NCBI RefSeq assembly: GCF_963506605.1
Contig: NC_083279.1
Coordinates: 101,184,001-101,248,000, forward strand
DNA: 64,000 bases
Source of the DNA: Zootoca vivipara
Lineage: Eukaryota
Direction of reading: 5' to 3'
Part shown: in pieces, positions 1 through 14,459 of the stretch
Layout of the letters: each line of letters opens with the position of its first letter
How positions within the stretch are numbered: position 1 is the stretch's first letter
Program-made: the position numbers and the translations under genes
The notes under the pieces: model-generated
Told to the model about the DNA's origin: nothing
Databases searched by the model: none
What the model saw: only the letters and a program-made list of their open reading frames with translations

Positions 1-230
1 GTAACAGGAGCTTTAGCAACCGCTCTGATTGGGTGAGCAGTTCCTAAAAGATAAGGACTGTGTGCTGTTATGAAAAGAGGAAAAAGTAGAAAGACTGTGG
101 CATTTGTAACAGGTGGTTGTGTGTGTGAGAGAGAGAGACAGAGAGGAAATGATTTTGTTTTATTTCTTTTGTGTTCTAAAGTTTGTACATAGTAATTCTG
201 GATATCATTCATCCAATAAATCCTGTATAC
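1..230 (+). mobile_element. LTR fragment related to the Copia-associated LTR at 49792-50696
   Basis: Colinear, diverged match to ~50357-50580 (gttcctaaaagataag, tgtaacaggtggttgt, aataaatcctgtata). Confidence 0.55.
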
Positions 231-414
231 AGTCTGACTAGTCTCTCGCTGTGAGGATATCTTATCTGTACTTTTCTCCCCCTCATTCTCAGACTCTCCA
301 CTCTCAGGCTCTTTTTTACTGTCACTGAGTCCTTGGGAAGATTGAAACCAAATTTCTGTATTAGCATCTAATTTCTCCCAGAATAGCCTGGAACATAAAA
401 GCATCTCCTCTACA

Positions 415-790
415 CAACAAAAGTGAGCTGAGTTGATGCCAAAGAGCTCGATTTTGGTCTCATCTGAACACAACACTTTCACCCAGTTCTCCTCTGGGTC
501 ATTCAGATGTGCATTGGCAAACTGCAGACGGGCCTGTACATGTGCTGTCTTCAGCAAGGGGACCTTGTGGGCTCTGCAAGATCTCAGTCCTTCACGGTGT
601 AGTGTGTTACCAACTGTTTTCATGGTCACTATGGTCCCCCCACAAGTTCTGGGCTGCTTCATCACCGTTCTCCTGATCATTGCAACTCCATGAGATGAGA
701 TCTTGCATGGAGCCCCAGACCGAGGGAAATGGACAGTTATTTTGTGTTTCTTCCATTTGCTAATTATTGCACCAACTGTTGTCACCTCCT
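415..790 (-). mobile_element. Tc1/mariner transposase remnant
   Basis: Minus strand reads KVLCSDETKIELFGIN, the first catalytic Asp motif of Tc1 DDE transposases. Confidence 0.8.
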
Positions 791-1436
791 GTGACGATCA
801 CCCCAAATTTAGGGACAGCATAGAAGGAGTTAAAGGGATAATCCAGTTAGAACCCTAGGGGGCAGAGTTAGGAGGACTATATAAACCCACCCTGGGAAGA
901 GGAGGGGGTTGTTGGTGAAGGAGAGATTTCTCTAGCTTCACTTGTTTTTGAGAAAGTCATGCTTTCATCCTGTATGTTTCTGTTGTGATATCTTCAGATG
1001 AAGGGCACATCATTTTTAAAAATGATAATAAATAAGGATATTGACAAGTTAGAACATGTGCAAAGGAAGGGGATTTATGTATTTATTTAACTTGTATACC
1101 ACCTGACCCAGTGGTGCCAACTTGAATAAAATATTGTGGGGGGGGCAGCTAAGGCCCACCTTCCACAATCAATCACATGATACATGCATATCACTGGAAT
1201 GGCAATACCTATCAACTGGGGGGTTGCCCCCTCAATTATTTTATGGAGGCAAAGACCCCTCGGCCTCTAAGAGTTGGGTCCAATTCCCTACACCCACAGG
1301 TCTCAGGACGGTTACAACGTAAAAACACAATATAAAAATACAAAATACACATCTGTAACTCCCGTCCCCACCACATTTTAAAAGGGCATTAGATCAGCCA
1401 AAGGCCTGGTTAAACAGGTCCGTATTTGCTTAGCTC

Positions 1437-3050
<1,614 letters not shown>

Positions 3051-3140
3051 TTAGAGCCGTAGGAACAAATGAAGAAGAAATGAAGGGTGTTGGGTGTGTG
3101 CTCATTATCTTTGTTGTTTGTCATTAACAAACATATTTAT

Positions 3141-3250
3141 AATCTGAAGAAGAATCTGAAGAAGAAGAATCTGAAGAAGTGTGCATGCACACGAAAGCTC
3201 ATACCAAAATAAAAACTTAGTTGGTCTTTAAGGTGCTACTGAAGGAATTT
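3141..3250 (+). mobile_element. Penelope-like element pLTR fragment with minimal hammerhead motif
   Basis: CTGAAGA-A-GTGTGCATGCACAC-GAAA-GCTC-ATAC at 3171-3204. Same family at 35863-36052 and 39930-40090. Confidence 0.7.
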
Positions 3251-3699
3251 TTTATATTTATAATTAGATTCTGATGGATTGTTGAATGTTGCTTTGTTTG
3301 ATATACAGTAGTGGCCAAAATTATGGAAGACTTTTGGGAAAAAGTGTATTTCAGAAGTTTGTTGGCTCAAAACACCACTTTTTTGGAAGTTATTTCATAA
3401 AATTATATATCAATGGAAATATAATTTAATCAAGAACGTAATGCAACAAAGTTTGTTCACTTAGCTGTATTCTATCAACAATTATAGCCAAAGAATAATT
3501 TTTGTTTGTTTTTGCAAATATTTTAAACATAACTTTCAACTTATATATGATATAGAAAGCATTTGGCTACAACAGCCTGAGACTACCTTCCTCCTTGACT
3601 AATGCTTTTCCCACTTATCATCCTATATTGCATTTTGGGATTATAATTATTGTCATGCCTTCAGCACATATAAAGATGTATATAAATTGTATGTTGTTA

Positions 3700-3942
3700 C
3701 AGTGGTACCTCTACTTACGAATAACTCTACTTACGAATGTTTCTACTTACGAATGGAGCTCCGTCCGCCATCTTGGATGTGGTTTAGATAGGATTTTTTC
3801 TACTTTCGAATTTTTAGATAGGGTTGCTTCGACTTACGAATTTTTTCTCCCAATGCGTTCCTATGGGATTTGACTTACAAATTTTTCCGAATTACGAATG
3901 TGCGTTCGGAACGCATTAAATTCGTAAGTAGAGGTACCACTG
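3700..3942. mobile_element. Tigger/pogo-like MITE
   Basis: TIR cagtggtacctctacttacga / tcgtaagtagaggtaccactg with TA TSD. Confidence 0.85.
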
Positions 3943-4379
3943 TATTGTTATGCAATTGATTCAGCTCCACCTACTGGGCGAGGAAGAATACAGCAACACA
4001 TGGTCGCCTTGTGAACAGGAAAGAGTAGTGCATGGTGGGAAGGGAGGCCTCCATTTTTAGAGAGCTCAAAGAAAGAGGAGGATCCCATGAGTCAGGACTT
4101 CTCTGCTACATGTTTGGAGTTTCTGCCTGGTGTGATTGCATCGTTGGTAAGCTCTTGTCTTGCCTGCAGTTATCATGTAGTAATGCAATGATGTTTAGAT
4201 CATTGTTCATTATAGATGTACTTATTGTATGTATTTCTATTGCCTTCTAGTTTTACCTCATCCTTGTTTCTTCAATAAAGTCAAGATTTCTAAAATAGTC
4301 TGCTTAATGAAGAACGGGGGGGTTTACCTGCACGTCAAGCTGCACATAGGCCACACGGCAGTGTAGTGAGGACGGAAGA

Positions 4380-5155
4380 ATTATTACTATTAAATCCTAA
4401 TCATAAACCAATGATTTGTAAATTATACTTTGCAATAATTGATAAAATCTACCTTACAAAATTTCTTGTATCCCTACTCACAAAGTTAGTTGTTTATAAT
4501 TGTCTTTCAAGTATTCTGTAAATTTATTCCAGTCGTTGAGGAAAGTCTGGTCTTGGCTGGTTCCAAATTTTCCCTGTTAGTTTCACCAACTCGGCCTAGT
4601 CCATTAATTTCACCTGCCACTCTTCTTTTGTTGATATTTCCTCTTGCTTCCATTGTTGGGCTAAGAATATTCCTACTGCAGTGGTTGCAATTTTTTATCA
4701 TTCTGATGAATTTTTAATTTCATTATAAATCATTTCCCGTCTCTTGTTGATACCATCGTTGGGCTAATAATATTCCTGCTGCAGTTGTTACATAAGAATA
4801 ATCTGTTATCTTGCTAATGTATTTCATTACCTACAATGCCTAGTAAGAAGGCCTTCACATCTAAAAAAAGCTCAACAACTTTGACCTGAACCCCACTAAA
4901 ATGGGGGTAGATCACCTCCAGTTTATAACTCTGTGAGTAGATCGCAGTCTCCTGAAAGTTGGCCACCCCTGTTATATACCATCTATACATCATTTTCATT
5001 ATGCTTTCTTTAAGTGAACTGCAGGCTGTAAAATTCATTCCATCTTTCCATGATTTCCCCCAATCTTCTAACTCTATATTATGACCCATATTTTGAGCCC
5101 AATGTATCATAGATGACTTAACATCTTCATGTTTAACATTCCATTCCAAAAGTAA
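4380..5155 (-). mobile_element. L1-type LINE ORF2 3' fragment, interrupted by a hAT MITE piece at ~4856-4969
   Basis: Minus ORF reads WGKSWK...SLKESIMKMMYRWYIT, typical of a squamate L1 ORF2 C-terminus. Confidence 0.65.
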
Positions 5156-5404
5156 TATCCTTTCCCTTCCTCCCCCACAACAAACACTCTGTGAGGTGAG
5201 TGAGGCTGAGAGACTTCAGAGAAGTGTCACTAGCCCAAGGTCACCCAGCAGCTGCATGTGGAGGACCGGAGACATGAACCCGGTTCACCAGATTACTGAA
5301 GCGTTTATATATATTTCTATATTTATTTATTTGATACTTCAAAAGGGTTCAACTCCATGCTGCTGTGTGCAAAAGGTGGTTTCAAGATAATCATATTCCT
5401 TCTT

Positions 5405-6355
5405 TTCTTCTTCTTCTGGTGCTGCGATCCCTTGTAGCCAAGTAATATTGTCTTTCATGAACATGGTTTTAACTATGAGTCTGTAGGTGACTGTGGAGGC
5501 CAATTCTGGATCCACACATCCTTCCACAGTGGGGACATTGGTTTCTGGGTGGGAGTTGATCATGGTGTGGATTTGCCAAGCGTGCCTTCCTCTTAGCACG
5601 TTTCGCCCTGAGTTCAAGTGTCTTCAAAGCCCATGACACCTTTGGTAAAGGCTGTTCTCCAACTGGAGCGCTCGCAGGCCAGTGTTTCCCAGTTGTCAGT
5701 GTTTATACTACATTTTTTAAGATTCGCCTTGAGACAGTCTTTAAACCTCTTTTGTTGACCACCAGCATTACGCTTTCCATTTTTAAGTTTGGAATAGAGT
5801 AGTTGCTTTGGAAGACGATCATCAGGCATCCATGCACAACTTGACTGTCTTCCCAAGTGTTATGTAAAAATTTTCAGAGACACCATTGATGGAATCCTTC
5901 GAGGAGTTGGAGATGGTGATTATAAGTGGTCTATGTTTCACAATCTTATAGTAAGGTTGGTAGTACAATAGCTTTGTAAACAAGCATTTTGGTTTCCCTG
6001 CGAATGTCCCAGTCCTCAAACACTCTGCACTTCAATTGGGAGAAAGCCGCACTCACAGAGCTCAGGCGATGCTGGATTTCGGCATCAATGCTCTCCCTTG
6101 TGGAAAGATAACTGCCTAGGTAGGAGAAGCGATCAACATTTTCCAACGTTACACTATTGATTTGGAATCGTGGCGCTGCAGGGGGATTATTTTGTACTTC
6201 TTGGTAGAGCGCTTTGGTTTTTTGGATGTTGAGTGATAGGCCAAGCTTTTCGTAAGCTTCTGCAAAGATATTTAGGATGGTTTGCACACACTATGTTGTC
6301 ATCAGCATACTGAAGATCTATGACGGAGGTTACGGTAACCTTACTCTTTGCTTTC
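5405..6355 (-). mobile_element. RTE-clade LINE (non-BovB) 3' fragment, degenerate
   Basis: YADD region, GLSLNIQKTK, FSYLGS, MPDDRLPKQLLY, GGQQKRFKD motifs and a (GAA)n tail. Confidence 0.8.
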
Positions 6356-7275
6356 AGCCTGCTCAGATTCCACTATTGGAATGGCCTGGGAATAGCCCAG
6401 ACCTTAACCCAATCAGAAATCTATGGAGCCGACTAAAGGAACTTTCTAGTCAGAAGCAACCTAGCAATAAAGCCCAACTGATAGAGGCAATAATTCAATC
6501 TTGGTTTTGCATTATTACAGCTGCAGAACTAAAAAACTTGGTTCACTCCATGGGAAGGCATTGTAAGGCTGTAATTAAAGCTAAAGGTTACCAAACGAAG
6601 TATTATTTGACATGGTTAGAATTTCTGTATATCTCATTTTTTCTATGTATTTCACTTTTCTTCTTTATGATTGCTGTTCTAATAAATAATACTTCATAAA
6701 AGTTATTGCATTACATTCTTCATTAAATTATATTTCCATTGATTTATAATTTTATGGTATTGTTCCCCAAAAAAGTGGTGTTATGAGCCCTCAAACCTCA
6801 GAAATACACTTTTCCAAAACGTTTCCACAATTTTAGCCACTTGTGTAAGTTGTTCGTTTTAAAGTTAATGTACTTTTTATATCAGACCAGAATGTTATTA
6901 TTAATGTTTCATGTATATATATGTGTGTGTGTTGGAAGATAGGCAGGCTATAAATAAAAATTATTACTATTACTATTATTATTACTGCTACTACTACCTG
7001 AGAGTCAATAAGCCTGGCTTTTCTCTGGGATGGATTTTGTTTGGCCCAGTCATGGCATCCCCTCCCTCTCCAATGTCAGGCGTCTCTTTGGTCAACCCAA
7101 GACTGACAGGAGCAGAAACAAAAACAGAAAACCTGACAGAAGCTACTTCTCTTTCCTAACAACTCTGAAGCTGACCTTTAAGATGCCTGGGCAGTTCAGA
7201 CCAGCCCAACTGTTGTATAAAGAGGAAGTACTGGAGGAAGATGGTTCACAGAAAAAAACTGTTATTTACTTTTTA

Positions 7276-7506
<231 letters not shown>

Positions 7507-7956
7507 CTAAAAGAAAAAGGGAAATGTCCTCCTCTGAGACAGCAGAAATGTGATTTGTTACACAATGCTCTGTTCCTTCTTTCCTCTTAATAGCTGTGTT
7601 GTTTCAATAGTATTCCTTTGCTGCACATTTTAAATATGGATGCTTATTTTAACACTTTAATTGAATTTTTTAATTCTGCATTTTAATTATGTGTCTTTGT
7701 AAAAATACGTGGTACTCCACCTTGTGGTTTTGAAATCATTCTGCCTACGCAAGCATTCCAGTTTGCCTGATGGAAGGATCCACTTTCTCCTCTCCTCGTG
7801 AGCTGTTCTGGGGAGTTCCCTCCCAGTGCTCTAGAGCCAAATTCAAGGGGTCCATGGGGGCATGGAGAGGGGAAGGAGTGGGAGGGCAGGCCCCATTTTG
7901 CAGCAGATGGGGCTGGTTAGGTGAATCCTGGCCACTATTTGTAATCCTCTGTCTAG

Positions 7957-8613
7957 ATGGCCACTGGTCCCATCACCTCCTGGCGAATAGAAGGGGAAGA
8001 AATGGAGGCAGTGAGAGATTTTACTTTCTTGGGCTCCTTGATCACTGCAGATGGTGACAGCAGTCACGAAATTAAAAGACGCCTGCTTCTTGGGAGAAAA
8101 GCAATGACAAACCTAGACAGCATCTTAAAAAGCAGAGACATCACCTTGCCGACAAAGGTCTGTATAGTTAAAGCTATGGTTTTCCCAGTAGTGATGTATG
8201 GAAGTGAGAGCTGGACCATCAAGAAGGCTGATCGCCGAAGAATTGATGCTTTTGAATTATGGTGCTGGAGGAGACTGTTGAGAGTCCCATGGACTGCAAG
8301 AAGATCAAACCTATCCATTCTTAAGGAAATCAGCCCTGAGTGCTCACTGGAAGGACAGATCGTGAAGCTGAGGCTCCAATACTTTGGCCACCTCATGAGA
8401 AGAGAAGACTCCCTGGAAAAGACCCTGATGTTGGGAAAGATTGAGGGAACTAGGAGAAGGGGACGACAGAGGACAAGATGGTTGGACAGTGTTCTCGAAG
8501 CTACGAAAATGAGTTTGACCAAACTGCGGGAGGCAGTGCAAGACAGGAGTGCCTGGCGTGCTATGGTCCATGGGGTCACGAAGAGTCGGACACGACTAAA
8601 CAACAACAACAAC
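7957..8613 (+). mobile_element. BovB (RTE) LINE, 5'-truncated
   Basis: MATGPITSW...HGVTKSRTRL followed by a (CAA)n tail. Near identical to copies at 52630 and 59457. Confidence 0.95.
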
Positions 8614-9685
8614 AGAGCAATCTAGAAATAGAAGAAGCCTAGTTTGGATGGCCACCTGCCTTGGATGATCTAGCCGAGATTCCTGCAATGCAGGGGGTTG
8701 GACTTGATGACCCTTGGGGTCCCTTTCAACTCTAGGATTCCATGAAAACTGCAATGACAGATGAATCCTACTGGTGACATTCAGAAGGCTGGCGTCACAG
8801 AGTTGTATGGGCAGGAAATCCCACAGTTCACAGCTGGAGTTTACTCTTTCTTAGCAAGAACACAATATTCTCAAACTTGTCTGAGTTTCAGGCTTAATGA
8901 GAACAGCAGCTCATTCCTGGAGGGTCTGTCAGTTTATCTATACTTAATCTCTTGTTTATTTGAAAATATTGTAACCAATTCTTCAAATATGTCCTGATTT
9001 CTTCAAATTTCTTCAGATTTGTTTCCTTCTAATAGCATTCTGTACGATGCCCAATCCCCCCTCTTTCACAGCCCCTCTCTTTTTCTCTTTCACAGCCATG
9101 GCTTCAGTCAGTGAGGTCCACCAGGGGTTTGGGGTTCTAATAGTTCTTTATATTTATCCCAATTTTCATAAAGAGATTTCCTTATTATATGGTTTAGAAA
9201 CCCCCTGTGCACCTTCACCTTGTCATATACTAAATATACAGGCCCGCAATAGCGGTTATCAAAACCCTCTAAGCCCAGCAAATCTGTGACTAGCAGAACC
9301 CCATCCTGACTCCTAGAAAAAAACAACTCAACTTTCTCAAACTAAATGTAGTTCCTCACATTATAAAACAAAACACTACTTATGAAACCTGACACAGTTA
9401 AGAAACCAGTTATGAAACCTGACACAGAAAAAACACAGTTAAGGAAAAAACACAACTCACTCATCAATACAGCTATCTTATAAACCTTCTCTTACTACCG
9501 TAATAGTATATAAACTCCACCCAAATACATAAACCAAGGCCTGAAAGCCTCACTTTATAGCAAACATCTTTAACAGAATACATTTCAAAGATGTCTAGCC
9601 TCCTCCTCAATTGGGAGGTAAAAAAGGAAGAGGTGAAAGGAGCAAAGATACATTGGGCCCAAGACCTTGGACATAACATCTACAT

Positions 9686-9873
9686 CAGGCATGTCCAACA
9701 GGTAGATCTGCGGCAGATCTCTGGTAGATCTCCCTACCCCCCAGTAGAAGCTTAGGCTCCCCCTAAAAAAGCTCAACAACGTCTACCTGAACCCCGCCCA
9801 AAACGTGGGTAGATCACTGCCAGATTTTAATTCTGTGAGTAGATTGCAGTCTCTTGGAAGTTGGCCACCCCTG
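9686..9873 (-). mobile_element. hAT MITE
   Basis: TIRs caggcatgtccaac / gttggccacccctg with 8-bp TSD atctacat. Confidence 0.85.
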
Positions 9874-10014
9874 ATCTACATGAAGCAGTGGGAGAGATTA
9901 TGAAGGAGCACATTAGATTTACTGTGTGTTACGATCTCAGAGAAAATGTTGTGAAAATGCAGTACAGATGGCACCATACCCCGGCAAAATTGGCCAAACT
10001 ATGCAAGGACAGGC

Positions 10015-10468
10015 TCCCGACTCCCCACAGCTTTCTAAGTCCCCTCCCCCCCGGGTTTTCTGGCAAGGGATCAAACAGTGCGCCAGAGTGCAGCCTGCCT
10101 TTGCTCCTCCATTGTCACATCTCCTGGCTCTGAGAGACAAGCAGGGAGGGTGGCTTCTGGCAGAAGGAGAGGGAGCCACCGGTGGCTCCTCCTTCTCCTG
10201 ACTCACCTCTGCCTCTCGACCTCCCTCCTCCCACTCACCTCTTTCCTCCTCTTCTGCCTCTGATTCTGCACTGCATTCTGCCACAGAATCTCCCAGCTCA
10301 CTAAGCCCTGTTACCCCTTCAGCTTCCGACACCTCCTCTTCTGAGCCTTCTCCCTCTGATCGCTCATCCTTGTTCCACCTCCACTCCTTGGGCTCTGAGC
10401 CATCTTCCCTTCCTGGTTTCCTGGCTACTTCCTCCCACCATTCCTCTGTGCCCAACCAGTCCATGACA
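10015..10468 (-). mobile_element. Purine-rich LTR-like repeat shared by both ZNF paralogs (B copy ~55790-56304)
   Basis: Starts TGTCATGGACTGG on the minus strand at the same intronic position in A and B. Confidence 0.5.
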
Positions 10469-10506
10469 TTGCTCCACCCCGTCCCCACAAGACAGTTTCC
10501 CCTGAC

Positions 10507-10589
10507 CTGATCTGGTTCCACAGCCGCTGTTTCCCTTCTGCCCCCATGAAAAGACGGATCAGGAGGTCTTGCCAGCATCATTCTGTCAC
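10507..10589 (-). CDS. Gene A linker exon (83 bp)
   Basis: ttgcag|GT...CAG|gtcagg, phase 1 to 0. Same size in paralog B. Confidence 0.85.
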
Positions 10590-10872
10590 CTGCAAGAGAG
10601 AAAAGGTAAGCAGGATGCCAGGAATGCCTGCTTCTCTTACAGGTGAAACAGGGCATCTCTAACCACAGATGGGCCTTTGAGAAAGCCTTACCTGCTGAGA
10701 GCATTTGGACGTTTGTGCCCATTTAATGTTTACTGTGCAGAAATACATCTCCCCTCCTCTGAACCCTTGGTCCCAACAGTCCCCTCCCCTCAAGAAAGAT
10801 GAAAATAACCCACAGATTATTTGGAAAACCAACAGAATGAGACCAAACTGAGAAAAACAATTTTCTCCTTAC

Positions 10873-10954
10873 CCAGTGGCTTCTCTCTCGTTTTCAACGG
10901 AGGCCTCTCTGCCTCACAGGAATCCTGGTCCATTTCTGCAAATGGATCCATTTC
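10873..10954 (-). CDS. Gene A linker exon (82 bp)
   Basis: tttcag|GAA ATG GAT...CTG G|gtaagg, phase 0 to 1. Same size in paralog B. Confidence 0.85.
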
Positions 10955-11153
10955 CTGAAAGAGCAACAAGAATTCAAAACAGAGAATGAATGGTGAGAAA
11001 TGTTAGAAAGAGAATGACAAAGACTTTAAGGGTGTTAGATCTCACTCCATGGATGTCTTCCCAAAAAAAGGATGGGTCATCAATAGAGCAATATGAGATG
11101 TTCTCTGTCCTGTTGGAGTCCCTTGGGAGTATCCAGAGGAAAGTCTCTCTCAC

Positions 11154-11555
11154 CTGCTTTCTCTCCTCTGCCTGACTCAGGAGGAAACCTTCGGCCAGGG
11201 CCACCGCCTGGGAACTGGTCTCTGCTCCACAGTCCCTCACCCAGCTCTCCATCTCCGGGGGAAGGACAGCCAGGAACTGCTCCAAGATCACCAGGTCCAG
11301 CATCTCAGCTTTCGTGTGCCTTTCTGGCTTCAGCCACTGACGGTCAAGGTGGTAGAGTCGGCTGCAAACCTCTCGGGGTCCTTTAGCCTCCTGGCAGCAG
11401 AACTGCCTCAACTGCTGGCTCTGCACCTCTGAGCGGAGGGTGTCCTCCTCAACCAGAATCTTCTGCACAGACCTTTCCCAGAATTCCCCACTGCTCCCAG
11501 TTTGGATGGCATGGCCTCTTCCTGCTTCAGGGCCAGATGAGTCTTGCTCATCCAT
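11154..11555 (-). CDS. Gene A first coding exon, SCAN domain
   Basis: [52 protein letters not shown]. Donor CAG|gtgaga, acceptor at 11647-11648. Confidence 0.93.
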
Positions 11556-11904
11556 CTGTGCTTTAAGGAAGCCTCTAAGAGATCGGAAGGAACCCTTTGG
11601 TCTTCTGCCAAGTTCTGTCCCTCTTAACGAGAAGCTCTAGCAGATCCTACGAAGCAAATACATTGTTCTGTTACAGAATTTGTAGGTCAGAAGAAGAGAA
11701 ATGTTCCCTGAACAAGCATGGATAAGTCTTCCTAGGAACCAGGGCTGGACGATTGCAATGCAAAAAGTGGAGGCAACTGAAGGGATTTCTGGGAAATGAA
11801 CCAGCCTGGTTTCTCCTGCCTCTCAGTCAATGCATGAAGTCAGAACTGACCCCACCCCCAGGTGGGTGGGGTATAAATAATAAATTATTATAATATTATT
11901 ATTA

Positions 11905-12555
11905 TTCCTACTTCAGGGCCAGCTGAGTCTTTCTCATCCATCTGTGCTCTCAGGAAGCCTCTAAGACAGGGGTGGCCAACTCCCAAGAGACTGCGATCTA
12001 CTCACAGAGGGGTTCAGGTAAAAGTTGTTGAGTTTTTTAAAGGAGAAGGTAAAATGTTGAGGGTTTTTTTAGGGGAGCCACAGTTGTTCAGCTTCTTTGG
12101 GGGGAGCCAGTGATCTAGCCAATGATCTACCAGTGATCTACCACAGATGTCCAGTGATCTACAAGTAGATCACAATCTACCTGTTGGACATGCCTGCTCT
12201 AAGAGATCGGAAGGAACCCTTTGGTCTTCTGCCATGTTCTGTCCTTCTTAATGAGAAGCTCAAGCAAAGTCTACAAAGCAAAAACATTGTTTTGTTACAG
12301 AATTTGTCGATCAGGAGAGGAAAAAGTTTCCCTTAGCAAGCATGGTTGAGTCTTGCTAGGAACCAGGGCTGGATGGCACCACAGCCCAAACCATGAGATA
12401 ACTTTTTGAAGAGAAAGAGAAGGAGGAATGGGAGAAGAAGTAAGTCTCTAGCCCTCTAGCAATGCAAAATGTGGAGACAACTCAAGGGATTTCTGAGAGA
12501 TGAATCAGACTGGTTGCACCTGCCTTCCAGTGAATGCATGAAGCCAGAACTGACT
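11905..12555 (-). repeat. Local duplication of the 5' part of the SCAN exon plus upstream intron (copy of ~11519-11850)
   Basis: Colinear match including the ATG (MDEKDSAGPEVG) and the acceptor region, interrupted by a hAT MITE. Confidence 0.8.
11967..12196 (+). mobile_element. hAT MITE (same family as 9686-9873)
   Basis: TIRs with 8-bp TSD ctctaaga (11959-11966 and 12197-12204). Confidence 0.85.
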
Positions 12556-12961
12556 GACAAGGGAGTCATTTGTATCTTGTGAAAAAATGGATGCTTGGCT
12601 CTTGTTGGGGTCCTCACCCAGAGGGGTCCTCAGAAGTTGTTCTCATCCCATCCACACTTCTGGGAACATTTCTCCCCTGCTTCTGTCTCCATTTTTGCAC
12701 TTGGACTCTCTGTTGCTCTCAAGACTGACTCCTTGGGTGCCCCCCCTTTTTTGCTCTGAGAGACAGGTATGTATCTGGACAACCCCCTGAGGGCCAAGTG
12801 GACTGGGCCAAAGACATCTCCCTTGAAATTTAGGCGGGCAATTTATTATTAAACTTATATTAGATAGCTTAACACACACACAGCCTTTGATGCCAAGGTC
12901 CCTGGAGGCTCAGTGAGTAGCAGCGTCCATTTCCGGCTTGGCTGATTTACAAGAACAACAA

Positions 12962-13969
12962 CTTATTATTTGTACCCCGCCCATCTGGCTGGATTTCCCC
13001 AGCCACTCTGGGCGGCTTCCAACCAATATTAAAAACACATTAAAATGTCACACCTTTAAAACTTCCCTAAACAGGGCTGCCTTCAGATGTCTTCTAAATG
13101 TCAGGTAGTTATTATCTTTTTGACATCTGATGGGTGGGTGCCACTACCAAGAAGGCCTTCTGCCTGGTTCCCTGTAGCTTTGCTTCTCGCAGTGAGGGAA
13201 CCACCAGAAGGCCTTCAGCCAGCGCTGGATTTATACCCCACCCATGTGGCTGGGTTTCCCCAGCCACTCTGGGCGGCTTCCAACAAAATATTAAAATACA
13301 GTAGTCCATCAAACAGTAAAAGCTTCCCTAAACAGGGCTGCCTTCAGATGTCTTCTAAAATGTCTTCTAAAAGTTTGGTACGGTAGTTGTTGTTCTCTTT
13401 GACATCTGGTGGGAGGGCGTTCCAAAGGGCAGGTGCCACTACAAAGAAGGCCCTCTGCCTGGTTCCCTGTAACTTCACTTCTCGCAGTGAGGGAACTGCC
13501 AGAAGGTCCTCTGCGCTGGACTTCAGTGTCTGGGCAGAACAATGGGGGTGGAGATTGTAAAATAGTGGGTAAGAAGGATGAAGACACAGCTCTCAAAACA
13601 ACCAGCTCTTTATTCTAGCTCTGAATCCAGACTGAACAGTAGTTTAGCCAAGTGGCTTATATAGCACTCAGTAACTTGCAACAGTAACAAACTTCCCCTA
13701 GCTACCCAATCCGTGAACAGCACTCTCAATCCTTCATTTGCATGTTGTGGACCTGAGTGGGAACTGCAGCCACAGTGAGCAGGGTAAGAACTGCAGCCAC
13801 GTTGGCCAGAAGGAGTACTGCAGTTAACTTAATACATAACAGAGACACTCCTGCAGGTATACTGGGCTGAGGCCGTTTAGGGCTTTAAAGGTCAACACCA
13901 ACACTTTGAATTGTGCTCGGAAATGTACTGGGAGCCAATGTAGGTCTTTCAGGACTGGTGTTATATGGT
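12962..13969 (-). mobile_element. L2 LINE 3' portion with duplicated tail; continues at 20092-20200 beyond the RTE-X insertion
   Basis: Minus strand LHWLPVHFRAQFKVLVLTFKAL and NALYVGLP motifs. Tail ggaagccgcccagagtggctgggg...aataataa. Confidence 0.8.
13556..13841 (-). mobile_element. Solo LTR
   Basis: TG...CA termini, AATAAA on the minus strand, 5-bp TSD gagat/gagac. Confidence 0.7.
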
Positions 13970-14459
13970 TGGATGAAAGATGGCGCCGAGGTAAGACACG
14001 CCATCGGTGCTCCTCGGATTTCTTTTGCTCTTTTTAAATTTTTTAACCTAATTGACCCTCTGGATGCCAATTTTATTGACCGGAAAAGTTCTTAAAGACT
14101 TTGAAGCACTTCTGTATCTGCTGCCTGTTGCCTGCTGCTTGCTATAATAATTGCTTTGGCTCTGCTCCAGTCTGCTCCCTGTCCCCCTTATCAGCCAGCT
14201 GATTAAGGTTGCCAGAGAGGGGAGGACTTCACTGCCTCAATCGGAGTGTGGTGATTGAGAGAAGAGGCCCAAGGCAGGATCATGAATTGCTGAGTTGGAA
14301 GCAGGGGAAGAGAAATTAACAAGAAGAGCCCTGGAGGCAGCGGCAGAAAGCTTTTGAAACGTCCCTTCCTGTAGATTGATATTGTCTTTGGCCGCGTAAA
14401 TTCTAGGCAGACAAGTGCGGGGAGAATTGATTTTTGCAAACTAACGACAAACATCTATT

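Larger units (their letters stand above)
3306..6845 (+). mobile_element. Tc1-like DNA transposon with ~150-bp TIRs, filled with nested insertions
   Basis: TIRs at 3306-3450 and 6700-6845 with TA TSD. Transposase C-terminus WPGNSPDLNPIRNLW...GYQTKY at ~6363-6605. Paralog B has the empty site (~51775). Confidence 0.85.

Noticed and set aside
9937-10722. 261-aa acidic ORF
   Set aside because: It is the 83-bp ZNF exon read through into a purine-rich LTR-like repeat; the frame is broken in paralog B.
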